Source: an uncultured Chlorobiaceae bacterium
GTDB taxonomy: Bacteria; Bacteroidota; Chlorobiia; Chlorobiales; Chlorobiaceae
Reading direction: 5' to 3'
DNA: 64,000 bases
NCBI GenBank assembly: GCA_903920215.1
Contig: CAIXLG010000081.1
Span: 1,714 to 65,713 of the forward strand
The notes under the pieces were generated by a model, which was given only the letters and a program-made list of their open reading frames with translations, was not told the DNA's origin and did not search any database. Below are positions 19,206-30,600 of this stretch, piece by piece (positions within the stretch are counted from its first letter, which is position 1; each line of letters begins with the position of its first letter). Both the position numbers and the translations under genes were made by a program.

Positions 19206-22200
19206 TCACTGGTGAACCCCTTCAATTCTGGTTTCAAGATCGGCATAGAGTTCCTGAAGTTCTTCAATGGTACTCTCCTCTGCTTCCCAGAATCCTCGAA
19301 AGTGAGCTTCGAGCAGACGTCTGGTCATCGACATGGTTGCATGCGGGTTAAGGGCAGCAAGTCGTTCCAGCATGGCCTTGTCTTGCAGAAAGGTTTCGTT
19401 GAATTGATCATAGGTCCACTTTTTAACTGCCGAGGCAGTGGCACTCCATCCATAGGTGTTGCTGAGATGGGACTCAATCTCCCTGACCCCCTCATAGCCG
19501 TGCTCAAGCATGGCCTCATACCATTTCGGATTAAGCAGTTTAGTGCGTGCCTCAAGCGAGACCATTTTTTCAAGAGAACAGATCCGCTGCTTTGTACCAA
19601 CACCATCGATATCGCCAACCATCACTTTCGGTTTGGCTTTACTAAGGTGTTCCACAGTTTTTGAAACTCCGCCAAGATACTCATAATAATGATCAATATC
19701 AGAAATACCGATTTCATAGCTGTCGATATTCTGGAATGTCAGGGTTACATTTTTGAGCGCAGAACGAAGGGCATCAGGACACTCCTCCCAGTGACCTGCG
19801 GATGATACGGCAAAGCTTTTCCGGGTGACAAAGGCTTCGGCAAGCTGGTTGTCCTCTTCCCAGGTGCTGCTTTCAACCAGATGGTTTACATTTGCTCCAT
19901 AGCTGCCGGGCGCATTTGAATAAACCCTGTTCGAGGCCTCCTCAAAAGAACAGTTTCTCTCAAGCATCTCCTTCTGCACATGTTTTCTTATAAAGTTCAT
20001 CTCTTCGGGTTCATCGGCTGCTGCAGCCAGACGGGCGGCCTTGTCAAGCAATCTGACCTGCAGGGAGAGAAGATCCCTGAAAATGCCGCTGATGGTCATC
20101 ACCACGTCTATTCGGGGCCGGCCAAGTTCAATGAGAGGGATAAGCTCAACATCGCCTATCTTTCCAAGTTCATCCGTCTTGGCTTTTGCACCCATCAGCG
20201 CCAGTGCCTGTGCAACCCCTTCACCGTCGCTTTTCAGGTTGTCTGTCCCCCAGAGGATCAGCGCAATGGATTCGGGGAGGTCGCCGCTCTCCTTGGTATA
20301 TTGCAGGAGCAGCTCTTCAGCAGATCGTTTTCCGGCCTGTTGTGCGAAGGATGTAGGAATTGTGTAGGGGTCAAGGCTGTGAATATTCCTGCCTGTCGGC
20401 ACGATGTCAGGGTTCCTGACCAGGTCATTGCCAGGGGATGGAGGAATGAACTTTCCTTCCAGCGCATGAAGCACTGCCTTAAGTTCGTGATTTTCAGCCA
20501 GATTTATGAGAACGATGTTTATGAAATGCCAGAGGCGCTTCAGTTCTCCCGGTTTTATGCCCGCTGTTCGATGCAGATAGTCATCTGCAGCCGATATTCT
20601 GACAGCAAGGCTTCCTTCAAGGAGCCTTGACAGTGTAATGTTGCGATTTTTTTCAGTATCGAAATGACCGGTAAACCGCTTAACAGCCTCACGGGAAATT
20701 GCTGATACCTGTTGCCATCTCTCTTGAGCTTCCCGGTTAGTTCCCAATTGATCCAGTATCTCCTGGTAATCGTAGTTCAGGTGATTGCAGATCAATTCCG
20801 GCAGGGATTTACCGTCAAGTTCAGGGCGCGCGTGTTGTGCAAGGAGAGCCAGATGATCGCTTACACTTTCAGGTGAAGGGGCTTCGCCCATGATATGCAG
20901 CCCAAGCGGAATCATGCGCTCTTCAATCAGGTAAAGCTCACTGTTCAGTGTTGTGATGTACTCGTCGGCAGTCAAATTATTCTGGTCTAAGTCAATCTCA
21001 AGAGAGATGGCAAGCTCCTTGACCTCTTCAAGCAGCTCATCTGAGGGGTTGCTCCTGTACCCGGCAACCAGATCTTTGAGTTTGCGCAAACCCTTATAGA
21101 GGCCGGCATGTTCCAGCGGGGGTGAGAGATAGCTTACCAGAGTGGCGAATCCACGACGTTTGGCAATCGCACCTTCGCTTGGATTATTGACGCAATAGCA
21201 GTAAAAGTTAGGAAGAGCGCCGATCAGTTTTTTTGGCCAGCACAAGTTTGAAAGTCCAACCTGTTTGCCCGGCATAAACTCAAGGGCGCCATGTGTTCCG
21301 AAATGAAGCACGGCATCGGCGTTGAAGCAATGTTCAATCCATGTATAGAACGCTGCAAAGGCATGGTTCGGCGCGGCATCCTTTGCCATGAGAAGCCTCA
21401 TTGGATCTCGCTCATATCCGAAACTTGGCTGCTGGCCGATAAAAATATTTCCCAGTGAGCAGCCGAGAATATGAAAGCGGTTACGATCATTGAGAATTTC
21501 GCCGGGAGCATCTCCCCAGAATGGTTCTATACCCTTATAGGCAGAAAAGAGCCTGCGGTACTCCTCAACAGGTAAATGAGCGTCAACATTGCCATCGGTA
21601 CCATATACCAGGCGATTCCCTTCAAGTAATCGATCTTTCAGTCCTTCAGCAGTTTCCGGAACATCCACCCTGTACCCTGCAGTTTTCATTTCAAGCAACA
21701 ACCGGTGCAGGCTCTCAAAAACGTTGAGATATGCTGCCGTCCCGGCATTGCCGAGATTGGGCGGGAAATTAAAAAGAATAATTGCAATTTTCTTCTCTTT
21801 AGGCGGCTTATGCTGCAGCCTGAGAAACCGTTGTACACGTTCAGAAATAATTTTCACCTCAGCTTCAAGCGGTATCGTCCGTTCACTCCCTGTTTCAGTG
21901 CCGGCATAAATCTGGGGTTCAATGGATCCGTCCAGCTCGGTTACCGCAACACTCAAAGCAGTTTGCAGGGGTGTCAGGCCAAGATTGCTTTCGCGCCACT
22001 GCTCAATAGGTTGAAATGAAAGAGGAATAAGATTCAGGCAGGGGGTATCAAGTTTTTTAAGCACTGCTATCGCTTCAGGGGCCTTGTTTTCAGCTGGGCC
22101 GCCGACAAGCGAAAATCCTGTCGCATTGATCAGTAGAGCCGGCTTCAGTGAAGCGGATATTTCGGAATTGAAAAACCGGTCGAGAACCGGACGGAAATCA

Positions 22201-23036
22201 AGGCCGCCGCTATAGGCGATGCAGCATTTGATTCCCTTTGATTCAAAAGAGTGTATCAGATAGTTAAGGTGTGCCATGTTTTTGCTCAATACTGTTGAGC
22301 GCATGGCAAGAATGACTACCAGTCCTGACTCAAGGTTTGGTTTATTCTGTTTCAGCCACTCAAGAAAGAGCGCAGAAGAGAAAAAAGGTTCAGTCGCATC
22401 AGGGTGGCATATTGCCGCATCAGGGTAAAAAAGAGGATCTTCCTGGGGGAGTTTTCCTTTCCAGCCGGGGACGTAACGGTCAACCAGCAGGGAAAGGAAT
22501 CGTTCCATATTTTCCTGTGAACCGTTTAGCCAGAACTGGTGGGCGGCAATAAAGGTATGGATATCACGAGCCCTTCCCGGCAGGTACTTCATGATTTTAC
22601 TGACATTACGGACGAGCGTAAGCTGCCGTTGGCTTTCCCCGTGGCTCTGCCTGGGCATCAGTTTCGAAGCCCATTGCTTAAAAATATTTGATTCCTTTGG
22701 TTCCTCTTTTTTACTCTTGCCAAGAGAAAATTTGCCGAGTCTTGTCTGGGTTATCAGCGCTGGATTGCTGGTAATCATGCAGACAGGGCAGGTAAGAGCC
22801 TCAAGCAGTTTCTCGAGCGGGCGTACAATTTCCTCGCTGAAGAGCATCGAGCCGAAAACTACATCTGCATTCGGAAGAGTGTTTTCAAGCGTTTCCCAGA
22901 GCTTTTTGCTGTTATGAAGGCCAAGACTGAAGACAGAAACCTCCAGACCGATATGAAACTTCCTGTTCAGCTCATCAGCAGCAGCTTTCAGTGTGCTGTT
23001 GTTGGTGGCCTCCATGGTAAGGAACACAAAATGCAT
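19206..23036 (-). CDS. bchH: Magnesium chelatase subunit H
   Basis: CobN/ChlH motifs '[14 protein letters not shown]' and 'PTGRNIH', and 'LLNPKWYE'. Directly upstream of bchM. Confidence 0.92.
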   Translation of the reverse strand: MHFVFLTMEATNNSTLKAAADELNRKFHIGLEVSVFSLGLHNSKKLWETLENTLPNADVVFGSMLFSEEIVRPLEKLLEALTCPVCMITSNPALITQTRLGKFSLGKSKKEEPKESNIFKQWASKLMPRQSHGESQRQLTLVRNVSKIMKYLPGRARDIHTFIAAHQFWLNGSQENMERFLSLLVDRYVPGWKGKLPQEDPLFYPDAAICHPDATEPFFSSALFLEWLKQNKPNLESGLVVILAMRSTVLSKNMAHLNYLIHSFESKGIKCCIAYSGGLDFRPVLDRFFNSEISASLKPALLINATGFSLVGGPAENKAPEAIAVLKKLDTPCLNLIPLSFQPIEQWRESNLGLTPLQTALSVAVTELDGSIEPQIYAGTETGSERTIPLEAEVKIISERVQRFLRLQHKPPKEKKIAIILFNFPPNLGNAGTAAYLNVFESLHRLLLEMKTAGYRVDVPETAEGLKDRLLEGNRLVYGTDGNVDAHLPVEEYRRLFSAYKGIEPFWGDAPGEILNDRNRFHILGCSLGNIFIGQQPSFGYERDPMRLLMAKDAAPNHAFAAFYTWIEHCFNADAVLHFGTHGALEFMPGKQVGLSNLCWPKKLIGALPNFYCYCVNNPSEGAIAKRRGFATLVSYLSPPLEHAGLYKGLRKLKDLVAGYRSNPSDELLEEVKELAISLEIDLDQNNLTADEYITTLNSELYLIEERMIPLGLHIMGEAPSPESVSDHLALLAQHARPELDGKSLPELICNHLNYDYQEILDQLGTNREAQERWQQVSAISREAVKRFTGHFDTEKNRNITLSRLLEGSLAVRISAADDYLHRTAGIKPGELKRLWHFINIVLINLAENHELKAVLHALEGKFIPPSPGNDLVRNPDIVPTGRNIHSLDPYTIPTSFAQQAGKRSAEELLLQYTKESGDLPESIALILWGTDNLKSDGEGVAQALALMGAKAKTDELGKIGDVELIPLIELGRPRIDVVMTISGIFRDLLSLQVRLLDKAARLAAAADEPEEMNFIRKHVQKEMLERNCSFEEASNRVYSNAPGSYGANVNHLVESSTWEEDNQLAEAFVTRKSFAVSSAGHWEECPDALRSALKNVTLTFQNIDSYEIGISDIDHYYEYLGGVSKTVEHLSKAKPKVMVGDIDGVGTKQRICSLEKMVSLEARTKLLNPKWYEAMLEHGYEGVREIESHLSNTYGWSATASAVKKWTYDQFNETFLQDKAMLERLAALNPHATMSMTRRLLEAHFRGFWEAEESTIEELQELYADLETRIEGVHQ

Positions 23037-23160
23037 ACGTGTAACCTGTCAATAAAATGTTAATACCGTCAATCTCTCCGTCGTAGGGTGGAGTGGCCGG
23101 TTTAGTGATCCATTAATGGTTCAAGTGGTATTGCACGATAGGTAAACGAATAGCGGGGAA

Positions 23161-23586
23161 TCAGATCAGTAAGACGGGATTTTGCTGAAAGAGGTTGTCC
23201 GGCTTGTGCAAAGGGGATGCAATGGAAATAACATTGTTGTTTACATCGCTTCCCCTTTGCTTTATAGAGAGATGCCGGTCGTGCGCTACATCAGGGAATG
23301 GGGGAGTCCCTGAATGTATTGTACATGATGAAAAGCTTATTGTGTGTTCTGAACTGAAAAAGCTGTCGATATGATCAAGATCGGAGTGTAAAGCAGGAGC
23401 GGACTCAGCGGTAGAAAGCTCGCGATGGGCAGGCATACCGCCGTATTGTGGCTTTGTCTTTGATTTGGAGTTGAGAGATGTCGTTTTGACGAGAACGTTG
23501 AAGCCTACAATAGAAATCACAAAAAACAGCAGAACCTCAAGGGATCGGCAGATGCTGCGTATACTATTTCCCTTTCCTCTGTCCAT
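23161..23586 (-). CDS. Possible small single-TM hypothetical protein
   Basis: Co-oriented ORF filling the gap between the two chelatase genes, with one hydrophobic stretch (LEVLLFFVISIVGFNVLV). No recognisable family, so it may be spurious. Confidence 0.3.
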   Translation of the reverse strand: MDRGKGNSIRSICRSLEVLLFFVISIVGFNVLVKTTSLNSKSKTKPQYGGMPAHRELSTAESAPALHSDLDHIDSFFSSEHTISFSSCTIHSGTPPFPDVAHDRHLSIKQRGSDVNNNVISIASPLHKPDNLFQQNPVLLI

Positions 23587-23689
23587 AAGTACATATTTTG
23601 TATAATATACCAAACGGATCAGCAAAAAAGAAACTTATTGCGACTGTCATCCTCCAGGGAAAATGTCTGCAGTGACCAGTAGATGAAGC

Positions 23690-23719
23690 AGAAAAGCACG
23701 GTGTGAGCCGTGCTTTTCT
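23690..23719 (-). terminator. Terminator after the second chelatase H gene
   Basis: agaaaagcacgg-tgtgag-ccgtgcttttct. Confidence 0.8.
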
Positions 23720-23746
23720 ACTCTAATCGTTTTTTTGCGTAGTCTA

Positions 23747-26700
23747 TTAAATCTCGATGCCTTCAAGACGATCTTCGAGATCTGAATAAATTTCCTGCAG
23801 CTTTTCGATCATCTCGGGGTCCGCGCTCCACATGCCGCGACCGCTGGCTTCAAGCATACGGCCTACAATGTTTTTGAAGGCTTTTGGATTGACCTTCATA
23901 AGGCGCTCGCGCATCTTCGGATCCATTGCGTATGTTTCCGCCGCTTCCTTGTACACCCAGTCGTCAACTCCTTTGGTGACAGCATCCCAGCCAAGCATAT
24001 ACGTAAAGCGGTTGCTGATTTCAGCAGCTCCACTATGACCCTGATCCAGCATTGTCTCAAACCATTTCGGGTTGAGCAGTTTGGAACGGAACTCAACCTT
24101 TAAGGCTTTGTCAGCATCATCAATTTTCACGTCAGCCGTGAAGGTCTCAACGTAGTTCAGCTTAACATTATCCCCTTTAGGATTGCGGCGTCTGGCAGAA
24201 AGCTGCAGTGCCCCTGAAGAAGAGAAGTAGCGGTCGATATCAGTAATGCCGAATTCAGCCGAGTCTACCTGCTGCACAACACGATCAACAGTGCTGAGCA
24301 GACCTTTCAGTATATCAGACTGCTGGTCACCGTATCGGTTTCCGCCATAAGCGAAACCGGTTCGTTTGATGAACATGTTGTCGAGGTCCTCTTCAGACTC
24401 CCAGGCGGAATCTTCTACAAGTTCCTCAACCTGCGAACCATAAGCTCCCGGAGCCTGGGTAAAGAGGCGCGAAGTGGCGCTCTCGAAATCTTTACCCTCT
24501 TTCAATGCAGCATCAACATGTTTTTTGATATGGTTCATCTCATGCGGCTCGATTGCTTTTGCAGCATCTTTAACCAGTTTATCAAGATGATCGACAAGCA
24601 CGCCGAAAGTGTCACGGAAGATCGAGCTGATCTGGATCAAGACATCGATTCTCGGGCGACCCAGCTTTTCGAGCGGAACCAGACGGTAGTGGCTGATTTT
24701 GCCCTGTGCATCGTATGCCGGTTCACCGCCCATAAGGTGAATGATTACCGCAACTGCCTCTCCCTTGCTCTTGATGGTGTCAAGCCCCCAGAGCACCTGT
24801 GCAATTGTTTCAGGGTACTCGCCGTTGTTTTCTTCTGTGTGGCGGTTCAGAATGGTTTCGCCAATCTGCTTGCCGCGCTTGAATGCAAGTTCTGAAGGAA
24901 TGCGCCACGGGTCTATGGCATGGATGTTGCGACCGGTCGGCAGAATGCCTGCACCGTCACGCACAAGGTCGCCTCCGGAGCCTGAGGGGATGTACTCACC
25001 GCAAAGAGCTCTCAAAAAGCCCTTCATCTCATTACGGTTGTCCTCAAGAGCGCGTTTGAGGGCAACTCCTTCCTGAAGGGAAGTGTTGATAGCCTCAGCC
25101 ATCTCCTGCGATACTTTTGCTCCGCCGGTCATCTTGTTAATCACCGTGGTCGGATTGGTCTGCCCGAAAATGGTCTTTTCAATAAACTCTCTGGTCTGCT
25201 CGTCTACTTTTTCTCTCGACCTGAGAGCCTGTGGTTCACCCTTGCGGGCGCGCGTGGCAAGCGAAGCATAATCACCATAGGTTTCGTCCTCACCGATTGC
25301 CTGCATGATGATCGATGGAAGTGACTTTTCATTACCACGCACCTTCAGGTACTCTGTAATGGTGGTTACCTGGGTTTCAAGCCTTGGAGTTTCTCCGAAG
25401 ACATGCAGAGAGTTAGAAATCAGGCGTCCTTCAAGCTCCATCATATAGGTATAAAGGCGGCTGATATAGTCCTGGAATGCCTCTCCTTCAATGCGCGGGC
25501 AGTCATCAGTCAGATTGAGCTGCTGCGCTTTGGTGATGATCACCTCTTCCGTCTCAACGTCAACAATTTTCTCAAGGCCCCGCTCACGGTAATCGTTCAG
25601 CATCTCCTTGAATGCAGGCAGTTCTTTGTATAGGCCAGCCCTTGCAAGCGGGGGGATGTTATGCGATATCATTGTGGCAAAACCGCGTCGTTTTGCGATG
25701 TTCGCCTCGCTCGGGTTATTGATCGGATAGATATAAAAATGAGGTACTTCACCGAGCAGTGCGTCTGACCAGCAGTCGCCGGTTACGCCAAGCTGAAGGC
25801 CGGGCATCCATTCCGCAGTGCCGTGCATGCCGATGTGCACAAGAGCGTTTGCTCCGAATACTCGGCTGATCCAGCGGTAGAAGGCAATATATTGATGATG
25901 CGGAGTGTTCTCCTTGTCGAAAAGCAGGCGCATCGGATCACCCTGAATGCCAAGACGAGGCTGAACACCGATAAAAATATTGCCAAGCGTGATGCCGCCA
26001 ATAAAAAGTCTGTCAGGTTTAATCGGTGCAATGTCGCCGGGAAATCCGCTCCAGCGCCCTTCAATGCGCTCGCGTTCCCTGACGCTGGTGATGCTGTTGA
26101 ACATCTCCCTGTCAATGGAAAAGCAATCCTGTTCATGTGCCTGAATTTCGTAATCCGTGGCTTTGTCCAGCATACCAAGCAGCGCTTCCGGTGACTCCGG
26201 CAGCTCACCGATATTGTACCCCTCCGCGCGAAGAGACAAGAGGATATTGTAGATACTTTTCGGTACGTCGAGCAACGCTGCACTGGCTTTTTTACCCATA
26301 CCGGGCGGATAGTCATAGACTACAAGAGCAACTTTCTTCTCTCTGTTGGAAATCTGACGAAGCTCCGAAAACTTTTTGGCAAGTCCTGCAAGTCTTTCCA
26401 GACGATCAGGAACAGTTTGCAGGCGTCCGTCCTTTATGGCGCCGAGTACTACAGGGCACACTGCACCGTCCATTTCAGGCAGCGAATAGGTCATGGCCGA
26501 CTGCAAAGGTATAACTCCCTGCGACTTCCATGAAGCAAAGTCCTGTATAAAAAGTGGTTGAGAAACCACATACGGTGCGTTGATTTTGCCAAGAATCTCT
26601 TCGCGTGCTGCCGACGATGCGCCAGGTGTGGTTGCCCCCGCAGGACCACCCACAAAGCCGAAGCCCATCATGTTGATCAGCATGTCGATGTTGTTATGTG

Positions 26701-27550
26701 TAAACCACTCTCTGGCTGCTACATGGCCCTCAACGCCCATAACGAAAACCGGCAGGGGATTAAGCCCCTTGGCCTCGATGGCCCGTATGGTATTGTCGAT
26801 ATACTCTTTTTCCTGCAGCAAGTGCTTCCGGAAGAACAGAAGTCCAATGTTTCTTCTTTTTGCAGAAGCCTTATCTCGTTTGTGCAGCCATTTTTCATAA
26901 TGGTGCAGATCTTTCTGATACTCCGGCGCATCGGGATGATAAAAGCCCATGGTTGGGACTTCCTGCACCTTATCAGCTTTGACGTCTACCTCAAAGTACT
27001 CAGCTACAATATAGTTGAACATCGATGCCAGATTGTCCGTCGTCGGATTCATCCAGTAGGTATAAACCTGCATCCAGTTCTTGAAATCCTTTGCCTTCTT
27101 AGGAATGAGCGGCAGCATGGTGCGCATTATTTTCAGCAGCTTCATGTAGCCGTAGAGCGCATCTTCGTCGCGCCCCTTCACCAGCATCTTCGCAACTTTT
27201 TTAACGATATCAGGCATTCCGCTTCCATCGCCCGAAACCACATAATTGCCGACTTTTGTCAATTGCATCACCTCAGGCATCGACTCATAGGCAAAAATCA
27301 CTTTCACCTTCGACTCTTCGATTTGCTCATGCAGCCAGTCCGCCTGAACCTTGAACTGAATCAGGGTGGTAAAAATACAATCTGCATTGTGGATTGCCTT
27401 GGCTGCTTCAGGGTTCTGGTGTTCAAGATCCTGATCGGTCCATTGGGTCAATTCAATGTGTGCGGCTATTTTGGAGGTTACCTCGCGCCAGACACGCTGG
27501 TTGCATTGCTCCATCCCGACAATAGCGGCAATTCTGATTTTATCGTGCAT
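23747..27550 (-). CDS. bchS: Magnesium chelatase subunit H paralogue (BchS-type by position)
   Basis: Motifs 'HIGMHGTAEWMPG', 'PTGRNIHAIDPWRIP' and 'LLNPKWFE'. The family is certain. The bchS versus bchT name is from recalled synteny only. Confidence 0.75.
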   Translation of the reverse strand: MHDKIRIAAIVGMEQCNQRVWREVTSKIAAHIELTQWTDQDLEHQNPEAAKAIHNADCIFTTLIQFKVQADWLHEQIEESKVKVIFAYESMPEVMQLTKVGNYVVSGDGSGMPDIVKKVAKMLVKGRDEDALYGYMKLLKIMRTMLPLIPKKAKDFKNWMQVYTYWMNPTTDNLASMFNYIVAEYFEVDVKADKVQEVPTMGFYHPDAPEYQKDLHHYEKWLHKRDKASAKRRNIGLLFFRKHLLQEKEYIDNTIRAIEAKGLNPLPVFVMGVEGHVAAREWFTHNNIDMLINMMGFGFVGGPAGATTPGASSAAREEILGKINAPYVVSQPLFIQDFASWKSQGVIPLQSAMTYSLPEMDGAVCPVVLGAIKDGRLQTVPDRLERLAGLAKKFSELRQISNREKKVALVVYDYPPGMGKKASAALLDVPKSIYNILLSLRAEGYNIGELPESPEALLGMLDKATDYEIQAHEQDCFSIDREMFNSITSVRERERIEGRWSGFPGDIAPIKPDRLFIGGITLGNIFIGVQPRLGIQGDPMRLLFDKENTPHHQYIAFYRWISRVFGANALVHIGMHGTAEWMPGLQLGVTGDCWSDALLGEVPHFYIYPINNPSEANIAKRRGFATMISHNIPPLARAGLYKELPAFKEMLNDYRERGLEKIVDVETEEVIITKAQQLNLTDDCPRIEGEAFQDYISRLYTYMMELEGRLISNSLHVFGETPRLETQVTTITEYLKVRGNEKSLPSIIMQAIGEDETYGDYASLATRARKGEPQALRSREKVDEQTREFIEKTIFGQTNPTTVINKMTGGAKVSQEMAEAINTSLQEGVALKRALEDNRNEMKGFLRALCGEYIPSGSGGDLVRDGAGILPTGRNIHAIDPWRIPSELAFKRGKQIGETILNRHTEENNGEYPETIAQVLWGLDTIKSKGEAVAVIIHLMGGEPAYDAQGKISHYRLVPLEKLGRPRIDVLIQISSIFRDTFGVLVDHLDKLVKDAAKAIEPHEMNHIKKHVDAALKEGKDFESATSRLFTQAPGAYGSQVEELVEDSAWESEEDLDNMFIKRTGFAYGGNRYGDQQSDILKGLLSTVDRVVQQVDSAEFGITDIDRYFSSSGALQLSARRRNPKGDNVKLNYVETFTADVKIDDADKALKVEFRSKLLNPKWFETMLDQGHSGAAEISNRFTYMLGWDAVTKGVDDWVYKEAAETYAMDPKMRERLMKVNPKAFKNIVGRMLEASGRGMWSADPEMIEKLQEIYSDLEDRLEGIEI

Positions 27551-27633
27551 AGAATTACAAAAAGATGTGCGTTTGTTGTGGTTTTAACAGGATTGGAAAA
27601 TGTAATAAAATCCTGTGAGGTAAACTAACGATT

Positions 27634-27671
27634 AAAAAAAGAGCCAGCCCCTCAGAGAGAAGGGCTGGCTC
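27634..27671 (-). terminator. Terminator after the TonB-dependent receptor gene
   Basis: A7-gagccagccc...gggctggctc, which reads as a stem plus U-tract on the minus strand. Confidence 0.8.
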
Positions 27672-27703
27672 GGGTTATTACGGCTTATTGCTGAATGTTT
27701 TTC

Positions 27704-30331
27704 TTAGAAAGTGAAATCCACTCCTGCAACATAGCTGCGTCCAGGTGCCATAAACCACTCTGCCTCCTGATACTGTATGTTGCCGATGTTTCTGCAAAGC
27801 AAACTTGCACTGATGTTTTTATCAATCTGGTATTTTGCACCAGCATTGAATACTACGAAGCCGCCAGGGTAATTTATACCATCAGGATTCGGGTAAGTAC
27901 TTACCGCTTTGAACTTACTAACATAACGGCTGTTCAGATTGAGTGAGAGTTTGTTGAAAGCTTTCCATGTTGCACTTGCAGATCCTGTATGCTCAGGTCG
28001 GTAGGCCAACCATGTTGGGTCTGGATTCTGGCTCCCTGCAAGCGTTGAGGCAGCGTCATTGGTTCTATTCTTGGCATTCATATAACCATATGCAAGATTG
28101 AAGTTCCAGTCAGTATTTGGTTTGATGTTCAGACTGGTTTCAATACCCCAAATTCTTGCTTTAGCAATGTTTTGATACAGAAATACGATAGGCCAGCCAG
28201 TAGGATTAATATTCCTTGATTCAATCAGGTTGTCATAATCATTGAGGTAGGCCGCCACATCTAAAGAAACTTTTTCATTAAATTGCTTGAAAAAGCCAAC
28301 TTCATAGGCGGTCATGGTCTCTTTATCAAGTGCAGGATTTGGATTCCCGACAAAAAGGCCAGCATCACGAACAAATCGCTCTGCAAGAGTTGGAGCACGG
28401 AAACTCTTACCCCACGATGCCCGGTATGAAATGTCGTCAGCAGCCTTGTAGTTTAGAGCAACACGTGGGCTGAAAGCATCCACGGAGGGATTTGCAATTG
28501 CAGCTGTTACTTGTGGATTACTTGTTTTACTATAATCTAAGTACGTTACATTATTGGCATCGATGCCACTCCAGTCATAGCGTCCAGATAATAATGCTGT
28601 AAGCTTGTCTGTAATTTTCCATTCATCCTGCAAGAAAACAGCAATATTCTTTTCCTGAGTAGACCCGAATGGGTTGGCCCCACCGGGAAGTGCTGAAGGA
28701 GTTAAACCGGAAGTGTATTGTGTTGATTGAACATTAGTGATGTTAGCGTCCAGACCGAAAAGAATTCGATTGTTCTCGGTAGCTCTCCAGTCAAACTTGA
28801 AACCTCCGCCGAACCGGTCTGAACTTGTTTCGTTGAATTCTCCCGGTAATCTGTCGTAAGGAAAGCCGATTAATGATGCGTTAAATGCGGCTATAACAGC
28901 GTTTTTAATACTAAGGTAAGGAAAAGATCCAACAGGAAGATGAGATGCATTCGCAACCATAATTCCAGTAGCTAATGCAGTCGCTTGAATGTTGGGATTT
29001 CCATATACCATTGAACTGGTTAGGAATTGTTGTTCAGTTGCTGTAGGGTTATAATCAATTCTTGATGAATTATGCGTGTAGTAAAGTTTAGTATCAAGGC
29101 TTAGCTTGTCGCTCAGCAGGTTAACATAATTGAGGCCTACCAGTGCATTTTTGCGCTTAATTGAATCATCTGTATAAACCCAATTCGCAGCATCATAAGC
29201 CAGTTCAGGATGAGCGTTGTACACGGCACCCGTTTGCGTAAAACTAACGATTTCATATGGCCAGGTGCTTGCATAGCCTCCGCTGGTTTCATTATAGAAA
29301 GCGCTTATCTGGAGATACTGTTTTGCATCTATGTCATAACGTGCTTTGAACTTGACGTCGTTCAATTGAATCTGAGTATTTTGGCGATAGCCGTCGTCAT
29401 TACTGTGCGTATAGAGCAGGTTATAATTCCATGCTCCACTTTTGTTGCCGATTCCGACATAGCTGCTCCAGAGCCATGGAGTATAACCATTACGGTACAC
29501 ACTCTGGTCACTTGATGGTGGAGCATCATAAAAACCACCACTGATACCTGCCTTAACTTCAAATTTATCAGGAAGGTGCCCAAAAACATTGACAACGCCG
29601 CCCATGGCTCCCGAACCATATAATGTAGCAGCCGCTCCTTTTAATACTTCAACCTTATCGGCGGCATTCATATTTAGGTTGGTCCAAACTATTTCCCCGC
29701 TTTCCGGAGTATTGATTGGGAAGCCGTCATAGAGCCCTTGGACTCGTGTGCCGATGCCACCACCCTGAAAGGTATTTGAGCCTCGAATCTGAACAGTGGC
29801 GGTGCTGTTTCCAGCTGAACGGCTTATGTTCAAGCCCGGAACCTCTTCAAGCACCTTGTCGAGTGTTGGGCTTGGTTCCTGTTTAATTTTTTCCTGTGAC
29901 ACAACATTAACGGTCACAGGCACTTCAAGGCGGTCCTGCTTGTAGAGCGAAGCGCCGACAACTACCTCAGATGCCAGAACGGTAGTCTGACCGATGGCGA
30001 AATTGGCGGTTGAAGTTTGTCCGGTAGTAACGGATACAACCTGACTTGTAGGAGCATATCCTACGATGGAGACAGAGACTTTTTCTTGTTTGGCGGGGAC
30101 GTTGTAGATGGTGAAGTTGCCGTTGGCGTCGGTTGATGTTCCGATGTTGGTGCCGGCAATTGTTACTGATGCTCCAAAAACACCTTCGCCGTCAGCTTTG
30201 TCGGTGATTTTGCCCTTAACGGTGCCTGTGTCAGCTCCGTAAGAGGGGAGAGGTACCAGCACCGCCGCAAGGCTAAACGCCGATACAACAAAACGGACAA
30301 AGCGGGACGCTTCTGCATGTTTTGTTTTCAT
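27704..30331 (-). CDS. TonB-dependent receptor with N-terminal carboxypeptidase-regulatory-like domain
   Basis: Signal peptide, 'GKITDKADGEGVFGASV', plug 'VEVLKGAAATLYGSGAMGGVVN' and C-terminal 'PGRSYVAGVDFTF'. ATG at 30331 preferred. Confidence 0.92.
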   Translation of the reverse strand: MKTKHAEASRFVRFVVSAFSLAAVLVPLPSYGADTGTVKGKITDKADGEGVFGASVTIAGTNIGTSTDANGNFTIYNVPAKQEKVSVSIVGYAPTSQVVSVTTGQTSTANFAIGQTTVLASEVVVGASLYKQDRLEVPVTVNVVSQEKIKQEPSPTLDKVLEEVPGLNISRSAGNSTATVQIRGSNTFQGGGIGTRVQGLYDGFPINTPESGEIVWTNLNMNAADKVEVLKGAAATLYGSGAMGGVVNVFGHLPDKFEVKAGISGGFYDAPPSSDQSVYRNGYTPWLWSSYVGIGNKSGAWNYNLLYTHSNDDGYRQNTQIQLNDVKFKARYDIDAKQYLQISAFYNETSGGYASTWPYEIVSFTQTGAVYNAHPELAYDAANWVYTDDSIKRKNALVGLNYVNLLSDKLSLDTKLYYTHNSSRIDYNPTATEQQFLTSSMVYGNPNIQATALATGIMVANASHLPVGSFPYLSIKNAVIAAFNASLIGFPYDRLPGEFNETSSDRFGGGFKFDWRATENNRILFGLDANITNVQSTQYTSGLTPSALPGGANPFGSTQEKNIAVFLQDEWKITDKLTALLSGRYDWSGIDANNVTYLDYSKTSNPQVTAAIANPSVDAFSPRVALNYKAADDISYRASWGKSFRAPTLAERFVRDAGLFVGNPNPALDKETMTAYEVGFFKQFNEKVSLDVAAYLNDYDNLIESRNINPTGWPIVFLYQNIAKARIWGIETSLNIKPNTDWNFNLAYGYMNAKNRTNDAASTLAGSQNPDPTWLAYRPEHTGSASATWKAFNKLSLNLNSRYVSKFKAVSTYPNPDGINYPGGFVVFNAGAKYQIDKNISASLLCRNIGNIQYQEAEWFMAPGRSYVAGVDFTF

Positions 30332-30573
30332 GATTGTGTCATAGTTAGGTTGCAATGATACGAACAAATAAAAGGGATAAAATGCCCATTACCTTGTTTT
30401 CGTAAATAATCATCAGCACCGTATATCAGCAATCAGAACAGGATGTACATATCAACTATCATGTATTACGTATTTGTTAATTTATTAAAAAAAAATAGAA
30501 AGGTGCAACTATTACTGTGACGCAAGGTAGGAACAGAAATGTTTGGTGTTGGATCAGAGGAAAATCGGGGAAC

Positions 30574-30600
30574 AAAAAAATCCCCGGTGTTTGCCGGGGA
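30574..30600 (-). terminator. Terminator after the spt-like gene
   Basis: A7-tccccgg-tgtttg-ccgggga. Confidence 0.75.

Noticed and set aside
26558-27628. 356-aa plus-strand ORF, and other ORFs antisense to the chelatase genes
   Set aside because: They lie entirely opposite the Mg-chelatase H genes and have no protein-like features.
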